A model generated the notes under the pieces. That model was given only the letters and a program-made list of their open reading frames with translations, ran no database searches and was not told the origin of the DNA. The position numbers and the translations under genes were made by a program. Source: Shigella phage KNP5. From it: 64,000 nucleotides of DNA. Below are positions 47,043 to 57,044 of the stretch, in pieces; the first letter of the stretch is position 1, and the number at the start of each line of letters is the position of its first letter. The stretch is taken from sequence record KX452698; one strand, given 5' to 3'.

Positions 47043-47219
47043 TCACCCTTTAAGTAAGTCGTAAAATCCACCATTCACATGCTTAGGAGCAGAAGGCCGA
47101 CGAGTAGACAGACGATGACATTTAGGACAAACATCATTTTCTCGTTCAGAAATCTTTTTAATTTTTTCATATTCATGCCCGCAATCTTCGGATTGGCATT
47201 TATAATCATACATTGGCAT
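47043..47219 (-). CDS. zinc-ribbon protein (58 aa)
   Basis: Hand-translated MPMYDYKCQSEDCGHEYEKIKKISERENDVCPKCHRLSTRRPSAPKHVNGGFYDLLKG; two CxxC pairs; packed between neighbours. Below the track threshold. Confidence 0.5.
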   Translation of the reverse strand: MPMYDYKCQSEDCGHEYEKIKKISERENDVCPKCHRLSTRRPSAPKHVNGGFYDLLKG

Positions 47220-47221
47220 AA

Positions 47222-47641
47222 TTATTCCTTAAAGTGTGCTTTCAACATCTGATACAAGGACCATGCCTGTTCATTATTTTCAATAGTAACTTTCATGATA
47301 GGAAATTCTGTGAAATCTTCTATTTGTTCTTGCTCTTCCTGCTCTTGCTCTTCAGCTGCCTGATATGGATTTTCCACTTCATCAAAGAACCCAGCTTCAC
47401 TTTTTGAAAGCCAAATAAAGTCTTCATCCAAAACATCTTTATCAGGAGATAGTACTAAATTTCCAGTAGATGACAAAATTTTAATAGGACGCCCAAGAGC
47501 GTCCACATCTAAAATTTTAAAAGGATACATACCTAAACGGCGCGCATAGATTCCGTTATTAATATGGTCTTTAATAAAATTTTCTTGAGCTTGTTTATTT
47601 TTAAATTGATACCATTTATTAACTTCAAATCTAATAGCCAT
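47222..47641 (-). CDS. hypothetical acidic protein (goF position)
   Basis: 139-aa ORF with a poly-Glu/Gln tract ([14 protein letters not shown]); size close to T4 goF but not sequence-confirmed. Confidence 0.45.
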   Translation of the reverse strand: MAIRFEVNKWYQFKNKQAQENFIKDHINNGIYARRLGMYPFKILDVDALGRPIKILSSTGNLVLSPDKDVLDEDFIWLSKSEAGFFDEVENPYQAAEEQEQEEQEQIEDFTEFPIMKVTIENNEQAWSLYQMLKAHFKE

Positions 47642-47856
47642 TAATAAATTTCCTTCCAGTAAGTTGTGCCATCTTCAGTAATTTCACGAAATACACCATA
47701 AATCGGTTGTTTATCACCAACCTTTTCATACACATAAACTGAAGTCAAGTGAGTAAACTTAGCAGTGTGTTCCTTTTGAACTACTACCAAATCTGGATCG
47801 AATAATACATCTTCAAATTCGTCATTAGTGCAGTTCTGAACAGTTTTACGTTTCAT
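47641..47856 (-). CDS. hypothetical protein (cef position)
   Basis: 71-aa ORF, same length as T4 Cef; not sequence-confirmed. Confidence 0.45.
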   Translation of the reverse strand: MKRKTVQNCTNDEFEDVLFDPDLVVVQKEHTAKFTHLTSVYVYEKVGDKQPIYGVFREITEDGTTYWKEIY

Positions 47857-48029
47857 TACAATTTCCTCATTAATTGAACAGTGGAGCGATGCGTTTCAGA
47901 AGAGTGGCAGCACCTTTGGCAAATTTTCCATTTTATTCTCCAAGTTGTTTTCTGTATCAGTAGTTGATATTGATATAGTACCATAATCAACTACTGATGT
48001 ATATAGTTTATGAAAAAAAAAATTAAACT

Positions 48030-48527
48030 TTATGCATAGCGAGCTTTGCTATAGTGTTTAATCCAACTTTCAGGAATGACTTTGTATGTTCCTAAAAATA
48101 CCGCGTTGTACAACTTAACGCCATCTTCTACCCATTGATCGGTAATGTATGCACACATAGCGCGAGTACGATGTTTTTGAACAACCCCTTCTTCGTCTTC
48201 GGTAAATTCAAATTCATAAGGAGCAACGAACTTAATAGCTTGACCGAGTTTCCACTTAAAGTCTACACCTACGTGCGAAGTATCAATCGTTTCAATTCCT
48301 TTAGCAGGAACAGCTTTCAAAAACGCAGATTCAAGAAATTTCGCACGAACATAACCAAACTGAGGTTTAGACTTTCCATCTTTAGGAATGATACGCACTT
48401 TTACTTCAGAATCTTCATCTTTAACACCGTGTTTAAGCTGAATGCTTACAATTTCGACCAATTTTCCTGCTGCTTTAGAACGGGATTTATCAGATACACG
48501 AGCAATTTCACCAATATTAATAATCAT
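48030..48527 (-). CDS. motB: MotB-like protein
   Basis: 165-aa ORF at the T4 motB position (T4 MotB 162 aa); C-terminal motif CAYITDQWVEDGVKLYNAV shared with the next ORF. Confidence 0.55.
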   Translation of the reverse strand: MIINIGEIARVSDKSRSKAAGKLVEIVSIQLKHGVKDEDSEVKVRIIPKDGKSKPQFGYVRAKFLESAFLKAVPAKGIETIDTSHVGVDFKWKLGQAIKFVAPYEFEFTEDEEGVVQKHRTRAMCAYITDQWVEDGVKLYNAVFLGTYKVIPESWIKHYSKARYA

Positions 48528-48603
48528 AGTTATCTCTCACCTGTTAAAAAGATTTTATACTCCACAGGACCATTATACTCTGGTCCCAAGAGTTTGTAAA
48601 CTA

Positions 48604-49143
48604 TTAATTCAAAATAGCTACCACTGCACTACGAGGTACTACACTAAAATCACCTGCATGAACAACGTTCAGAAGTTCAACACCATCTTCAATCCACTGG
48701 TCTGTTACCCAACCACAGACCGAAATAAATGGGGTCTTGATAGCTACAGCACGAGTTAGAAGGTCAGTAGGATCGCATTCTTGGAAGAGGATAAGCTCTG
48801 CTTCAAAGACTATAGTTTTAATTACTTCATCATTATCTAAGCGTTGTGCTCGAATCACATAAGCTTTATTCTTATCATACCAATTACTTTTTGAAAAACT
48901 TTTAACCACAAACTCGCCTTCACCCAAAACACTGGTCAATGCTTTATAACCCAAACTTAGTTCAGTAGTTTTAATTTCAGTTTCAACCAGTTTGTAGGTT
49001 TTGCCGATTTCAATAGCGGTAGTCATAGTAGGTTCCTTAATTTCCAGTGGTTTAACAGGGCATACATAAGTGCTTACAACATCAAAATCAATCAGTTTAG
49101 CTACCGGATTTGGTGTGTATTCAGGATTATAATTAAATTTCAT
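48604..49143 (-). CDS. MotB paralogue (motB.1 position)
   Basis: 179-aa ORF; C-terminal CGWVTDQWIEDGVELLNVV parallels MotB. Confidence 0.5.
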   Translation of the reverse strand: MKFNYNPEYTPNPVAKLIDFDVVSTYVCPVKPLEIKEPTMTTAIEIGKTYKLVETEIKTTELSLGYKALTSVLGEGEFVVKSFSKSNWYDKNKAYVIRAQRLDNDEVIKTIVFEAELILFQECDPTDLLTRAVAIKTPFISVCGWVTDQWIEDGVELLNVVHAGDFSVVPRSAVVAILN

Positions 49144-49145
49144 AA

Positions 49146-49646
49146 TTATCTCATTTCAATAAAATCTATAAGTTCAGCATGGGATTTACGGAACATTACT
49201 TGATGTCCGCCAATGATAACTTGGTCATCTGGCACTTCGTATACAGCAAGATAAAATCCTTTAGAAGATAATTCTTCACGCTCTTCTCGTGTGAACCATC
49301 TCATCATATCATATTCACTAGCGAAAGCAAAATGATAAAGAGCTATAAACCATCCTGGAATATAGTGATCTACGCCTACATAATCTTTCTTGAACTTAGT
49401 ATTAATTACTGTATTAGCGTTTTTAACTAATAGTTTATCTTCGTGTGGTAAAGGAATTCTTTTATTATTATCGCTATGATGCATAAAATTAGGTCTGTCA
49501 TAACCTACGTGTAATAACCACTCTTCGCTCCATGAATCTATTATACTCCTGTATGGCGTTATTTGAACACAAAGATTTCGACGTATTGTTATAGCATCTT
49601 CATAATTAAGAATACTAAAAGATGATTCAACACGATAAATTTTCAT
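49146..49646 (-). CDS. hypothetical protein (motB.2 position)
   Basis: ATG at 49646 preceded by GAGGA gives MKIYRVESSFSILNYEDA... (166 aa); early promoter just upstream. Confidence 0.5.
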   Translation of the reverse strand: MKIYRVESSFSILNYEDAITIRRNLCVQITPYRSIIDSWSEEWLLHVGYDRPNFMHHSDNNKRIPLPHEDKLLVKNANTVINTKFKKDYVGVDHYIPGWFIALYHFAFASEYDMMRWFTREEREELSSKGFYLAVYEVPDDQVIIGGHQVMFRKSHAELIDFIEMR

Positions 49647-49673
49647 TTTATTATCCTCAGTAGCTATGGTGTT

Positions 49674-49703
49674 ATAATACCACAACTAACCGAGGAAGTA
49701 AAC
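49674..49703 (-). promoter_or_regulatory. T4-type early promoter (GTTTAC-N18-TATTAT)
   Basis: Verified on the minus strand between dexA and the downstream ORF. Confidence 0.5.
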
Positions 49704-49709
49704 AACTTT

Positions 49710-50393
49710 TTATCGTTTTGTTGGAAGAGAAAGAGGATCGCACTCTTCCTCTGACGGAGCATCTTCAAGACCCATAGCATATCGCAAAGCATACTTCATC
49801 ATCAGGATGTCTTTCGCACAGTCATGAATAGAATCATGTGCAACGAATCCATCTAAAGTTCCCTTTGGAAGAGGACATGTAGTCATATCACGAACAAGCA
49901 GAAGTGCTTCAATTCTTGTACGGATATCACGCTGATTCCAGAATTTACATGGTTCTAACTTAAATGTATCAAGCTCATTCTCGGAAACGCCGTTAAGACG
50001 CTGAATATCACGAATGAGATCAACTAAAATTGGAAAATCAAACGACATTCCACGGCACCAGCCTTGAGATTTCCAAGGATCGATGTTATGTGCATTGATG
50101 TAATCATTAAATTTTGCAATACCATCGATAGTGCTTACATCTTCATCTGATGGTGCAATATTTTTTCGAGCTTCAGGAGACTGATTTTTCCACCATTCGA
50201 TAGTGCTTTTAGTAAAAAGACGATGTCCTTTTTGGCTTTTTAAATCAAATTTGATTTTAATGCCGCGTGAAACTAATTCATCAAACGTTTCAACTACTTC
50301 TGGATTAGGGTCAAAGGCAATGACAGCCAAATCAATAACAGCTGCCTTTTCACCGCTTCCCATTGTTTCAAAATCTATAATAAAATCAAACAT
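49710..50393 (-). CDS. dexA: exonuclease A (3'-5' DEDD-type)
   Basis: 227-aa ORF MFDFIIDFETMGSGEKAAVIDLAVIAF... at the T4 dexA position; same length as T4 DexA. Confidence 0.85.
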   Translation of the reverse strand: MFDFIIDFETMGSGEKAAVIDLAVIAFDPNPEVVETFDELVSRGIKIKFDLKSQKGHRLFTKSTIEWWKNQSPEARKNIAPSDEDVSTIDGIAKFNDYINAHNIDPWKSQGWCRGMSFDFPILVDLIRDIQRLNGVSENELDTFKLEPCKFWNQRDIRTRIEALLLVRDMTTCPLPKGTLDGFVAHDSIHDCAKDILMMKYALRYAMGLEDAPSEEECDPLSLPTKR

Positions 50394-50668
50394 TAAATTT
50401 TCCTCGCTAAATCGCGAATTTGACCTACAGTATAATCTTGGATATAAACTTTATTAATGGGCTCATCAATAAATTTTGCCATAGATTCAATATCTTTTTG
50501 TATCTCTTCAAGACTGTATACTATCTTTAAAGCTTTTTCGCGAATAGTAACATTATCAGGTCCTGAATTTTCTTGAATGACAGCTTTAACATTTGCCATA
50601 AGAGACTTAAACTGATGCAAACTTAATTCAATCATTAATAACCGCCTTATAAAGATGGCTAATTTCAC
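50393..50668 (-). CDS. hypothetical protein (dexA.1 position)
   Basis: 91-aa ORF; first of three similar-sized ORFs. Confidence 0.5.
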   Translation of the reverse strand: MKLAIFIRRLLMIELSLHQFKSLMANVKAVIQENSGPDNVTIREKALKIVYSLEEIQKDIESMAKFIDEPINKVYIQDYTVGQIRDLARKI

Positions 50669-50888
50669 CTAAAACATAATCACTGATTGTAACAGTTTTC
50701 ACTTCACCGCAAAAGAATTCTAACGCAATCAAATCTCGTTCAATTTCTTCCAATTGAAGCATTAACTTGCCTGATTCAATTTTCACGTTTTTGCGATTTT
50801 TACTATAAGCTATTTCATAAATTTCGCTCACTTTATCTTGAAGTAGATAAAACTGGTCTTTAGTTATTTCCACGAATAGCTTCCTCAA
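50628..50888 (-). CDS. hypothetical protein (dexA.2 position)
   Basis: 86-aa ORF. Confidence 0.5.
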   Translation of the reverse strand: MRKLFVEITKDQFYLLQDKVSEIYEIAYSKNRKNVKIESGKLMLQLEEIERDLIALEFFCGEVKTVTISDYVLGEISHLYKAVIND

Positions 50889-51120
50889 ATTTAATCAGCA
50901 GCTTACAGACACTTTCATCTAACGTAATTACCGTCTCTGTATTACTGTGATATGATTGTTTTTCAATTCGTTTAATTGCTAGTATAGTATCACTTATAAG
51001 ATTAAGCTTATAAAGGAGCTCAGCTCCTGTTACCATAACACTGAGGTTATCTTGCTTATCAGTGTGCTTCTTTATACTATCTATTAGACGATTTAAATAT
51101 TTTGAATTGATGTTAATCAT
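50860..51120 (-). CDS. hypothetical protein
   Basis: 86-aa ORF. Confidence 0.5.
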   Translation of the reverse strand: MININSKYLNRLIDSIKKHTDKQDNLSVMVTGAELLYKLNLISDTILAIKRIEKQSYHSNTETVITLDESVCKLLIKFEEAIRGNN

Positions 51121-51126
51121 ATATCC

Positions 51127-52446
51127 TCACACATAAAACACATCATAACGACCACGAGTGACACCAACATAAAGAAGCTGCTGAGCTAGTTCAGCATCTG
51201 CATAATGAATACAAGGCGTATAGATGAAAGCACGGTCTACAGACATGCCCTGAGCTTTATGGAATGTTGATGCAGGAAGTGCTTTCACTTTACTAAACTG
51301 TGATTTAGCATCCCAAAAATCACTCCACGGAGCTTTTCCACCTTTATTCCAATTTTTATACGTTTCTGCCGTTTTACCTAAAAATAAGTTAAACTTATAC
51401 AGCTCTTCATCAGATGAAATTATTTTAATCTTTTCACGATAATATTCATCATCGCCGTAAGTTTCTACCGTTAAATCCCAATGACGAATTAGATATTCTC
51501 CAGAAACACCACGAGCTTTAACAAATGTTGATGTATACTCTGCTTCTATAATACGAACTAATTGTCCGTTATTAAAAATAATTTCTGACACAGGCTTTCC
51601 ATCAATTTTATATGTTTTAATTAATGGTTCCTGCATTACAATAATTTCGCCAACGATAAAATCTTTATCAGTTTCAAAAATCTTTTTGCGAATAATGTTA
51701 TTTAACTTATCAACAGATTTATTCGTAAATGCCATGACGCGATTTTCAAACAAATCATCTAGTGATTTTACGATTGAAAAATAATTTACCATAAAATCGC
51801 GTAAAGCGGCATCACCGGTAAATCCACGTACTCCATGCCCGTCAACAACTTTATCATAAATCCACTTACCGTTGCGAACATCAGTAGCTACATCAATAAT
51901 AGGAGCATTACTGCGTTTAACTTCAGTGAGTTCACACTGATAAAAATCTTTATGTGTAAAGAACGGACTGATATAAGCGGTGTTTTCTCCTGGGTCAACA
52001 GGTCTAATTTGCTTATTATCGCCTATTCCAATTATAGTACACCACGGCGGGATAGTTGAAAGTAGAATTTTGAATAGCTTTCTATCATACATTGACACTT
52101 CGTCGCAGATTAATACTCTGCATTTAGCTAAATCCGGTACTTCTTTTTGTTCAAAAAGAACGTTTTCTTCATATGTTACTGGGTTAATTTTGAGAATACT
52201 GTGAATAGTACTCGCTTCTTTCCCTGACAGTTTTGAAAGAATCTTTTTAGCTGCATGAGTAGGAGCTGCTAAAATAATGCCAGTTTCGCCTGTAGATATT
52301 AAGGCTTCAATGATGAACTTAGTAAGAGTAGTCTTACCAGTACCAGCAGGTCCATTAATAGTTACATGATGTTTCTTTTCTTTAATAGCCCTCATAACGA
52401 TGTTAAAGGCATTTTTCTGGCCTTCGGTCAAATCATCAAATGTCAT
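51127..52446 (-). CDS. dda: Dda DNA helicase (SF1B)
   Basis: 439-aa ORF with Walker A GPAGTGKT; length equals T4 Dda. Confidence 0.9.
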   Translation of the reverse strand: MTFDDLTEGQKNAFNIVMRAIKEKKHHVTINGPAGTGKTTLTKFIIEALISTGETGIILAAPTHAAKKILSKLSGKEASTIHSILKINPVTYEENVLFEQKEVPDLAKCRVLICDEVSMYDRKLFKILLSTIPPWCTIIGIGDNKQIRPVDPGENTAYISPFFTHKDFYQCELTEVKRSNAPIIDVATDVRNGKWIYDKVVDGHGVRGFTGDAALRDFMVNYFSIVKSLDDLFENRVMAFTNKSVDKLNNIIRKKIFETDKDFIVGEIIVMQEPLIKTYKIDGKPVSEIIFNNGQLVRIIEAEYTSTFVKARGVSGEYLIRHWDLTVETYGDDEYYREKIKIISSDEELYKFNLFLGKTAETYKNWNKGGKAPWSDFWDAKSQFSKVKALPASTFHKAQGMSVDRAFIYTPCIHYADAELAQQLLYVGVTRGRYDVFYV

Positions 52447-52754
52447 CGTAAATTCCCTGCAATTGGTATACTAACAATACGCCCAGTATCTAAAATTCGC
52501 CGATATAATCTTTGTGTGTCTATATCAGGCTTAACATGTTTAACTTCTATTTTATTAAACCAAAACTTGCGTGGAGTTTCAACTAATCTAGGAATTCCCA
52601 TACCTAAAGCTAGTAGATACTGCTCTTTAAGAGTTGTAAAAACTTTATCAGCAATCTCCCTTTCAAAAAATACAGCAGGACGATGTTCATCAAGAGGAAC
52701 AGGCACTGCAAATCCATCTTTGTCTCTATACACTATCGCATATACATAAAACAT
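52443..52754 (-). CDS. hypothetical protein (dda.1 position)
   Basis: 103-aa ORF, ATGA-coupled to dda. Confidence 0.55.
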   Translation of the reverse strand: MFYVYAIVYRDKDGFAVPVPLDEHRPAVFFEREIADKVFTTLKEQYLLALGMGIPRLVETPRKFWFNKIEVKHVKPDIDTQRLYRRILDTGRIVSIPIAGNLR

Positions 52755-52755
52755 A

Positions 52756-53502
52756 TTATCCTCGGATAAGTTTAAAAATTGAACAATTTAGCGGGTATCC
52801 TCTTTTCAGTTTAAGTTTATCAATAAAAGACAAGTTTTGATACCGCTCTACACCTTGAATAATTTTATCACACATATCATATTGCATTTCTGCTTCTGAC
52901 AACTTTTTCACAGTTTTCCAATCAGAGCCTTTAAGAAGAACGTTCAATTTAACAACTTCAGTGCCTTCTGCTATACGAGAACCATCAATACGAGCTTTGA
53001 GTGCTACAATCGTTAGCTTAATATCAGAGGTTTGTTTTGATTTAGAAAGCTGAGAAATGTGCTCAATTCGGTTTTCACGTTTTTTCTGTATAGCTTTAAT
53101 TTGATTATAAGTCTTTTTGATTTTAGCCCATTTCTTTTCATTTAAATTTAGTTTATGAACTTTTTTCGCAGATGAACGACCAATTCGCAAAGCAAATAAA
53201 TCACGCTTTTCAATCAACTCTTCTAAAGTATAATCAGAACGAAATGTATTGTACTTTTTCTTTACTGCAATAACATTCCCTTTAATGTATCCAACGTTAT
53301 TATCAAAACGTTCTAATGATAATTTCTCTCCTTCAATACGATTATCAAAAGGTTCTCCCGAGTAAGCGCAAACTTTCTGATCTAAAATGTTCTTAATATA
53401 ATTGAAGTCTAAGTTAAAATCTTTAGAACGTCTTTTAGCGGATGCCTGAGTGTGCTCTAGACGACGTGTAATTTTACGAATTTGATTTTTAGACAGTTTC
53501 AT
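52756..53502 (-). CDS. srd: Srd-like basic protein
   Basis: 248-aa Lys/Arg-rich ORF at the T4 srd position between dda.1 and modA. Confidence 0.6.
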   Translation of the reverse strand: MKLSKNQIRKITRRLEHTQASAKRRSKDFNLDFNYIKNILDQKVCAYSGEPFDNRIEGEKLSLERFDNNVGYIKGNVIAVKKKYNTFRSDYTLEELIEKRDLFALRIGRSSAKKVHKLNLNEKKWAKIKKTYNQIKAIQKKRENRIEHISQLSKSKQTSDIKLTIVALKARIDGSRIAEGTEVVKLNVLLKGSDWKTVKKLSEAEMQYDMCDKIIQGVERYQNLSFIDKLKLKRGYPLNCSIFKLIRG

Positions 53503-53617
53503 ATTTTTCTCACAGACGGGTTAACTACTTATATTATAACATTTTCACTTCAGCTTGTAAACAACTTTATGAAAATGCTTTAAAACTTTCATGGTATAAT
53601 GAATCTAAGTCCTTCCA

Positions 53618-54220
53618 TTATAGATTAAATCCTTCAAAATCAAGAGTATAGATAGTGTATGTTGAATACTTTTTATACTCATATCTATCCGCAATTCTAA
53701 ATACACTTCCAGCAGGTATCATTACTTCTTGTTCATCTGAAACTAATTCCATATTACGATAGCGATGGCTATCCGGAAATTTAAAACTCGGGCTATATTC
53801 TTTACAACGTAAAGCTTTTATAGCATACTCCTGGAAATTAAACACCATAGGAGCTTTGAATTCAAAAATAACTTGCGTGTTGTATTCTAATCCAGAAGCA
53901 AAATGTAGAGCTATATTTTTATCATATGAAGCTGATACTACTTTATCAAATGTAATAATATCAATTCCTTGATTTAACACCTGCTTAGTCTCAACTGGAA
54001 CACCTCTCCAAAGAGGTTTATCGTTTGGAACCAAACGAGATTTGATTATTTCATTTAACCAAGAATGATCGTCTGGCTTATTAGTAATACAATGAATTAA
54101 AAGTTCAATTTCGGATAAATTAAATCCTTCAGAAAGTAATTCTTCACGAATAGAAGCACGCACCGATGCATCCATTGATTTGATTTTAAAATCTTTTAAT
54201 TGCATTGCTGAATATTTCAT
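53618..54220 (-). CDS. modA: ADP-ribosyltransferase (ModA/ModB family)
   Basis: 200-aa ORF with R-S-ExE signature: LWRG, SAS, EQEVMIP. modA versus modB assignment is by size only. Confidence 0.75.
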   Translation of the reverse strand: MKYSAMQLKDFKIKSMDASVRASIREELLSEGFNLSEIELLIHCITNKPDDHSWLNEIIKSRLVPNDKPLWRGVPVETKQVLNQGIDIITFDKVVSASYDKNIALHFASGLEYNTQVIFEFKAPMVFNFQEYAIKALRCKEYSPSFKFPDSHRYRNMELVSDEQEVMIPAGSVFRIADRYEYKKYSTYTIYTLDFEGFNL

Positions 54221-54852
54221 TCAACTACCTCAATATCATACACTTTAAATGTTCCAAATGAATCGTGTAATTTTTCTTTTGAAATAGAAGTTATTTTATA
54301 CTTTCCAATTGGAATCATCCATTCTTGTTCACGTACAATCATCATTAAGTTATCAGTACGTTCTGAATCTAATCCATCAGTATCTTCATATGTATACTTA
54401 AACTCAGTATTAGGAGAAGAAAGTATAATATCGCTGATATGGTCAGAATAATTAAAAGCTTTATCAGTTTTTAAGCGAAATATTATTTCAGTGGAATATT
54501 CAACATAAGAAAAACCACATGCTGTATGCAAACTAGTAGTAAATGAATCTACTCTGTTCGTTGAAAACACTTCTCCGACTTGTAAATCTTTAATGAGTTC
54601 TTTTGTCGATTTTGATATACCACGATATAGCTGATAAGGCGATTTAGTTAAATGCTTTTTAACGATTTTATTCAACTGCTGATGAAGAGCTTCATTCTTT
54701 TTGGCTTCCATACATTGCCAAAGAACTGACTGTTCAAAGTCAGTAAATTTTTCACAGACCTTTTTATACATATCATATTGAAAATCAACACTTTCAGCTT
54801 TTATAGATAACTGTTCAACATCTGCAAGATTAATAATCATGATAGCCTCCAT
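54217..54852 (-). CDS. modB: ADP-ribosyltransferase (ModA/ModB family)
   Basis: ORF with LYRG, STN/SFTTS, EQEWMIP motifs; internal ATG at 54840 would give 207 aa. Confidence 0.75.
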   Translation of the reverse strand: MEAIMIINLADVEQLSIKAESVDFQYDMYKKVCEKFTDFEQSVLWQCMEAKKNEALHQQLNKIVKKHLTKSPYQLYRGISKSTKELIKDLQVGEVFSTNRVDSFTTSLHTACGFSYVEYSTEIIFRLKTDKAFNYSDHISDIILSSPNTEFKYTYEDTDGLDSERTDNLMMIVREQEWMIPIGKYKITSISKEKLHDSFGTFKVYDIEVVE

Positions 54853-54907
54853 ATACTTCAGAAGCTATCATATCATTGTTAGGAAGGAAAGTAAACAACT
54901 TTTTGAA

Positions 54908-55090
54908 TTATTTTGCCCAGGGAGCCCAAGGCGGAGGGTCAAGATGGTATGAAGCTAGTTCTTCTAGAAGAGCATCTGGGGCTTCAATTCCATAATTCTG
55001 TAATACTATACGGTACTCTTTCTTATAATCACTAGAATCATTCTGGTTATTTGTAGAATGATTATCTTCTAACATCTCAAATAAATCCAT
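54908..55090 (-). CDS. hypothetical acidic protein
   Basis: 60-aa ORF. Confidence 0.45.
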   Translation of the reverse strand: MDLFEMLEDNHSTNNQNDSSDYKKEYRIVLQNYGIEAPDALLEELASYHLDPPPWAPWAK

Positions 55091-55098
55091 ATTAATTC

Positions 55099-55569
55099 CT
55101 AGCGATAAAAACCAAAATGACGATTAGCTTCAATAATCTTTCTTTCTTCTTCGGACATTCTCCAGCGTAGTCCAACATCAAAATGAGCCCAGACCATCTT
55201 AACAAATGCATTTATATCTTTAATATCTTCAATAATGAATGTTTTACTTTTATAAGGTTGACTAGCTAATTTAACTTTATCGTCTTCAAACAGGTCAAAA
55301 AGACCATATTCATGAGCTCTTTTATAGCCTTTAATAGTTAAAGCTTCAGAAGAAGAAAACGGTGAATCAGTATTCTGTAAAATATCTTCAGTATGCTTTA
55401 TAATTAGAATAACATTTTCTGGATATTTTCTTTCTTTTATATCTTTAATTAAAAAATCCGGATTTTCTGCTAAAGGAATAATTAATGAGCAATTTTTATT
55501 AAGTGTATTTACTGATTTACCTTCTTTAGACATAAATTCTATTGAATATCGTTTTGCTACTTCAATCAT
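55099..55569 (-). CDS. hypothetical protein
   Basis: 156-aa ORF. Confidence 0.5.
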   Translation of the reverse strand: MIEVAKRYSIEFMSKEGKSVNTLNKNCSLIIPLAENPDFLIKDIKERKYPENVILIIKHTEDILQNTDSPFSSSEALTIKGYKRAHEYGLFDLFEDDKVKLASQPYKSKTFIIEDIKDINAFVKMVWAHFDVGLRWRMSEEERKIIEANRHFGFYR

Positions 55570-55722
55570 GTGATTTCCTTTTGCCTACTAATGGACCGTC
55601 AGGAATTTTGTTTTCCTGGATATATTTCTCATTTTCTTCCATCATTTTACTGCCAATTTTAAGAAGCAAATCCAGTGCTTCGTTTGCTTTAGCTTTAGCC
55701 TCTTCTAATGCCATATCTCTGT

Positions 55723-55926
55723 TCACGATTTATCCCCATAGATGTCTCTCATCAATTTAAGCGCTGAGCGTTCTAATTTCTTTTCTTTCTCAGCACTAAT
55801 CATTGATTTCATCCATTCTTCTGATTCGTTCTGCATTTCTTTATTTGCTTGTTCAACCCAACCATCGTCAATATACATTGAGTTTGGTCTATTGAACCAT
55901 TCAAGCATTTTCTTCAGAACTTTCAT
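55723..55926 (-). CDS. hypothetical protein
   Basis: 67-aa ORF. Confidence 0.45.
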   Translation of the reverse strand: MKVLKKMLEWFNRPNSMYIDDGWVEQANKEMQNESEEWMKSMISAEKEKKLERSALKLMRDIYGDKS

Positions 55927-56398
55927 TTGTTTTACCTAAAACAACAGTAGGAGCATCATCAAATTCATGAATTTTTAGCAAATTTGGATGTAAACTATTC
56001 CACACAGAAGAAATAAAGTATGATAAAGCATCTTCACTCGCAATTATAAATTTATTTCCTTTATCTATTTTCCAACTATATACTGAATCATACGAATAGA
56101 AAGATAAAGGATTATCATTATATTGTTCTGCGCTAACATTAATGTATTCTGATTTAGTAAATGCTTCAATTGCTCTAAATGGAATATTTGGTACAGTTTC
56201 AATAATACCAATCTTTTTAAGTTTTATTTCAGCATCTTCTGGAACTGGCATTGAAACGAAATTTTCTACGAGATACATTGGGTCACAATAACCCTTATCA
56301 ATCATTACTGCTACGGTAATTGGAACGTCTTTAGCAAACGACAAACTATTACTGCTAATATACATTTCAAACAAAATCGCTTCCATAATTTTCCTCAA
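55901..56398 (-). CDS. hypothetical protein
   Basis: 165-aa ORF. Confidence 0.5.
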   Translation of the reverse strand: MRKIMEAILFEMYISSNSLSFAKDVPITVAVMIDKGYCDPMYLVENFVSMPVPEDAEIKLKKIGIIETVPNIPFRAIEAFTKSEYINVSAEQYNDNPLSFYSYDSVYSWKIDKGNKFIIASEDALSYFISSVWNSLHPNLLKIHEFDDAPTVVLGKTNESSEENA

Positions 56399-56733
56399 TC
56401 ACAAGATGTAGATGAACAACTAGAATCACAAGAACTTCCACATGAATCGCCCGTCCATACATGAACAGGAACATTAGTATCATATGAATCAGAACTAGAC
56501 TGTGTATTCTGCGTATTAGATGATGTAGGTGTTGACCAGCGCCAAGGATTTTTATAATATTCCTGGGCTTCTTCATAAGTCATAGTAACTGCTTCTACTG
56601 TTCCATCTCCCATATAAACATATTCAACTACAGTTAAAGGGAGGTAGTCATTTGAAATAGGAACTACACCTTCTCCGGGAGTTGTAGAGAAAAAATCCGT
56701 AAAGAAACTTTTAAACCAATTAAAGATAAACAT
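56395..56733 (-). CDS. hypothetical protein with Cys/Ser-rich C-terminal tail
   Basis: 112-aa ORF ending ...[20 protein letters not shown]. Confidence 0.5.
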   Translation of the reverse strand: MFIFNWFKSFFTDFFSTTPGEGVVPISNDYLPLTVVEYVYMGDGTVEAVTMTYEEAQEYYKNPWRWSTPTSSNTQNTQSSSDSYDTNVPVHVWTGDSCGSSCDSSCSSTSCD

Positions 56734-56945
56734 TACAAAAAGCCTCTTTGAAATTCGACTCTTTGAAATCCACCCCAGTCAGTGTATCGCATTTCAGCAT
56801 TGAACTCGACTGAACCATCTGCATGCATCATGAATGAATGCGTGACGATATCACAATCCCAGCTTTTCATACCCCATTTATCAGAGATAGCTTTATCAAG
56901 AACCTTCTGGAGGTCTTCATTTGGTTTAATCCAACGATTTAACAT
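56733..56945 (-). CDS. hypothetical protein
   Basis: 70-aa ORF. Confidence 0.5.
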   Translation of the reverse strand: MLNRWIKPNEDLQKVLDKAISDKWGMKSWDCDIVTHSFMMHADGSVEFNAEMRYTDWGGFQRVEFQRGFL

Positions 56946-57011
56946 AGTGCTCTCCTTTATAAGATAATTCTATTATACCATACTTGTTTTGGAAAGTAAA
57001 CCGGTAAAATG

Positions 57012-57036
57012 AAAAAAAGGACTCCCGAAGGAGTCC
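57012..57036 (-). terminator. rho-independent terminator after soc
   Basis: Hairpin GGACTCC-CGAA-GGAGTCC followed on the minus strand by a T7 run; hairpin identical to the one at 3962-3979. Confidence 0.7.
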
Positions 57037-57044
57037 TTAAATTA

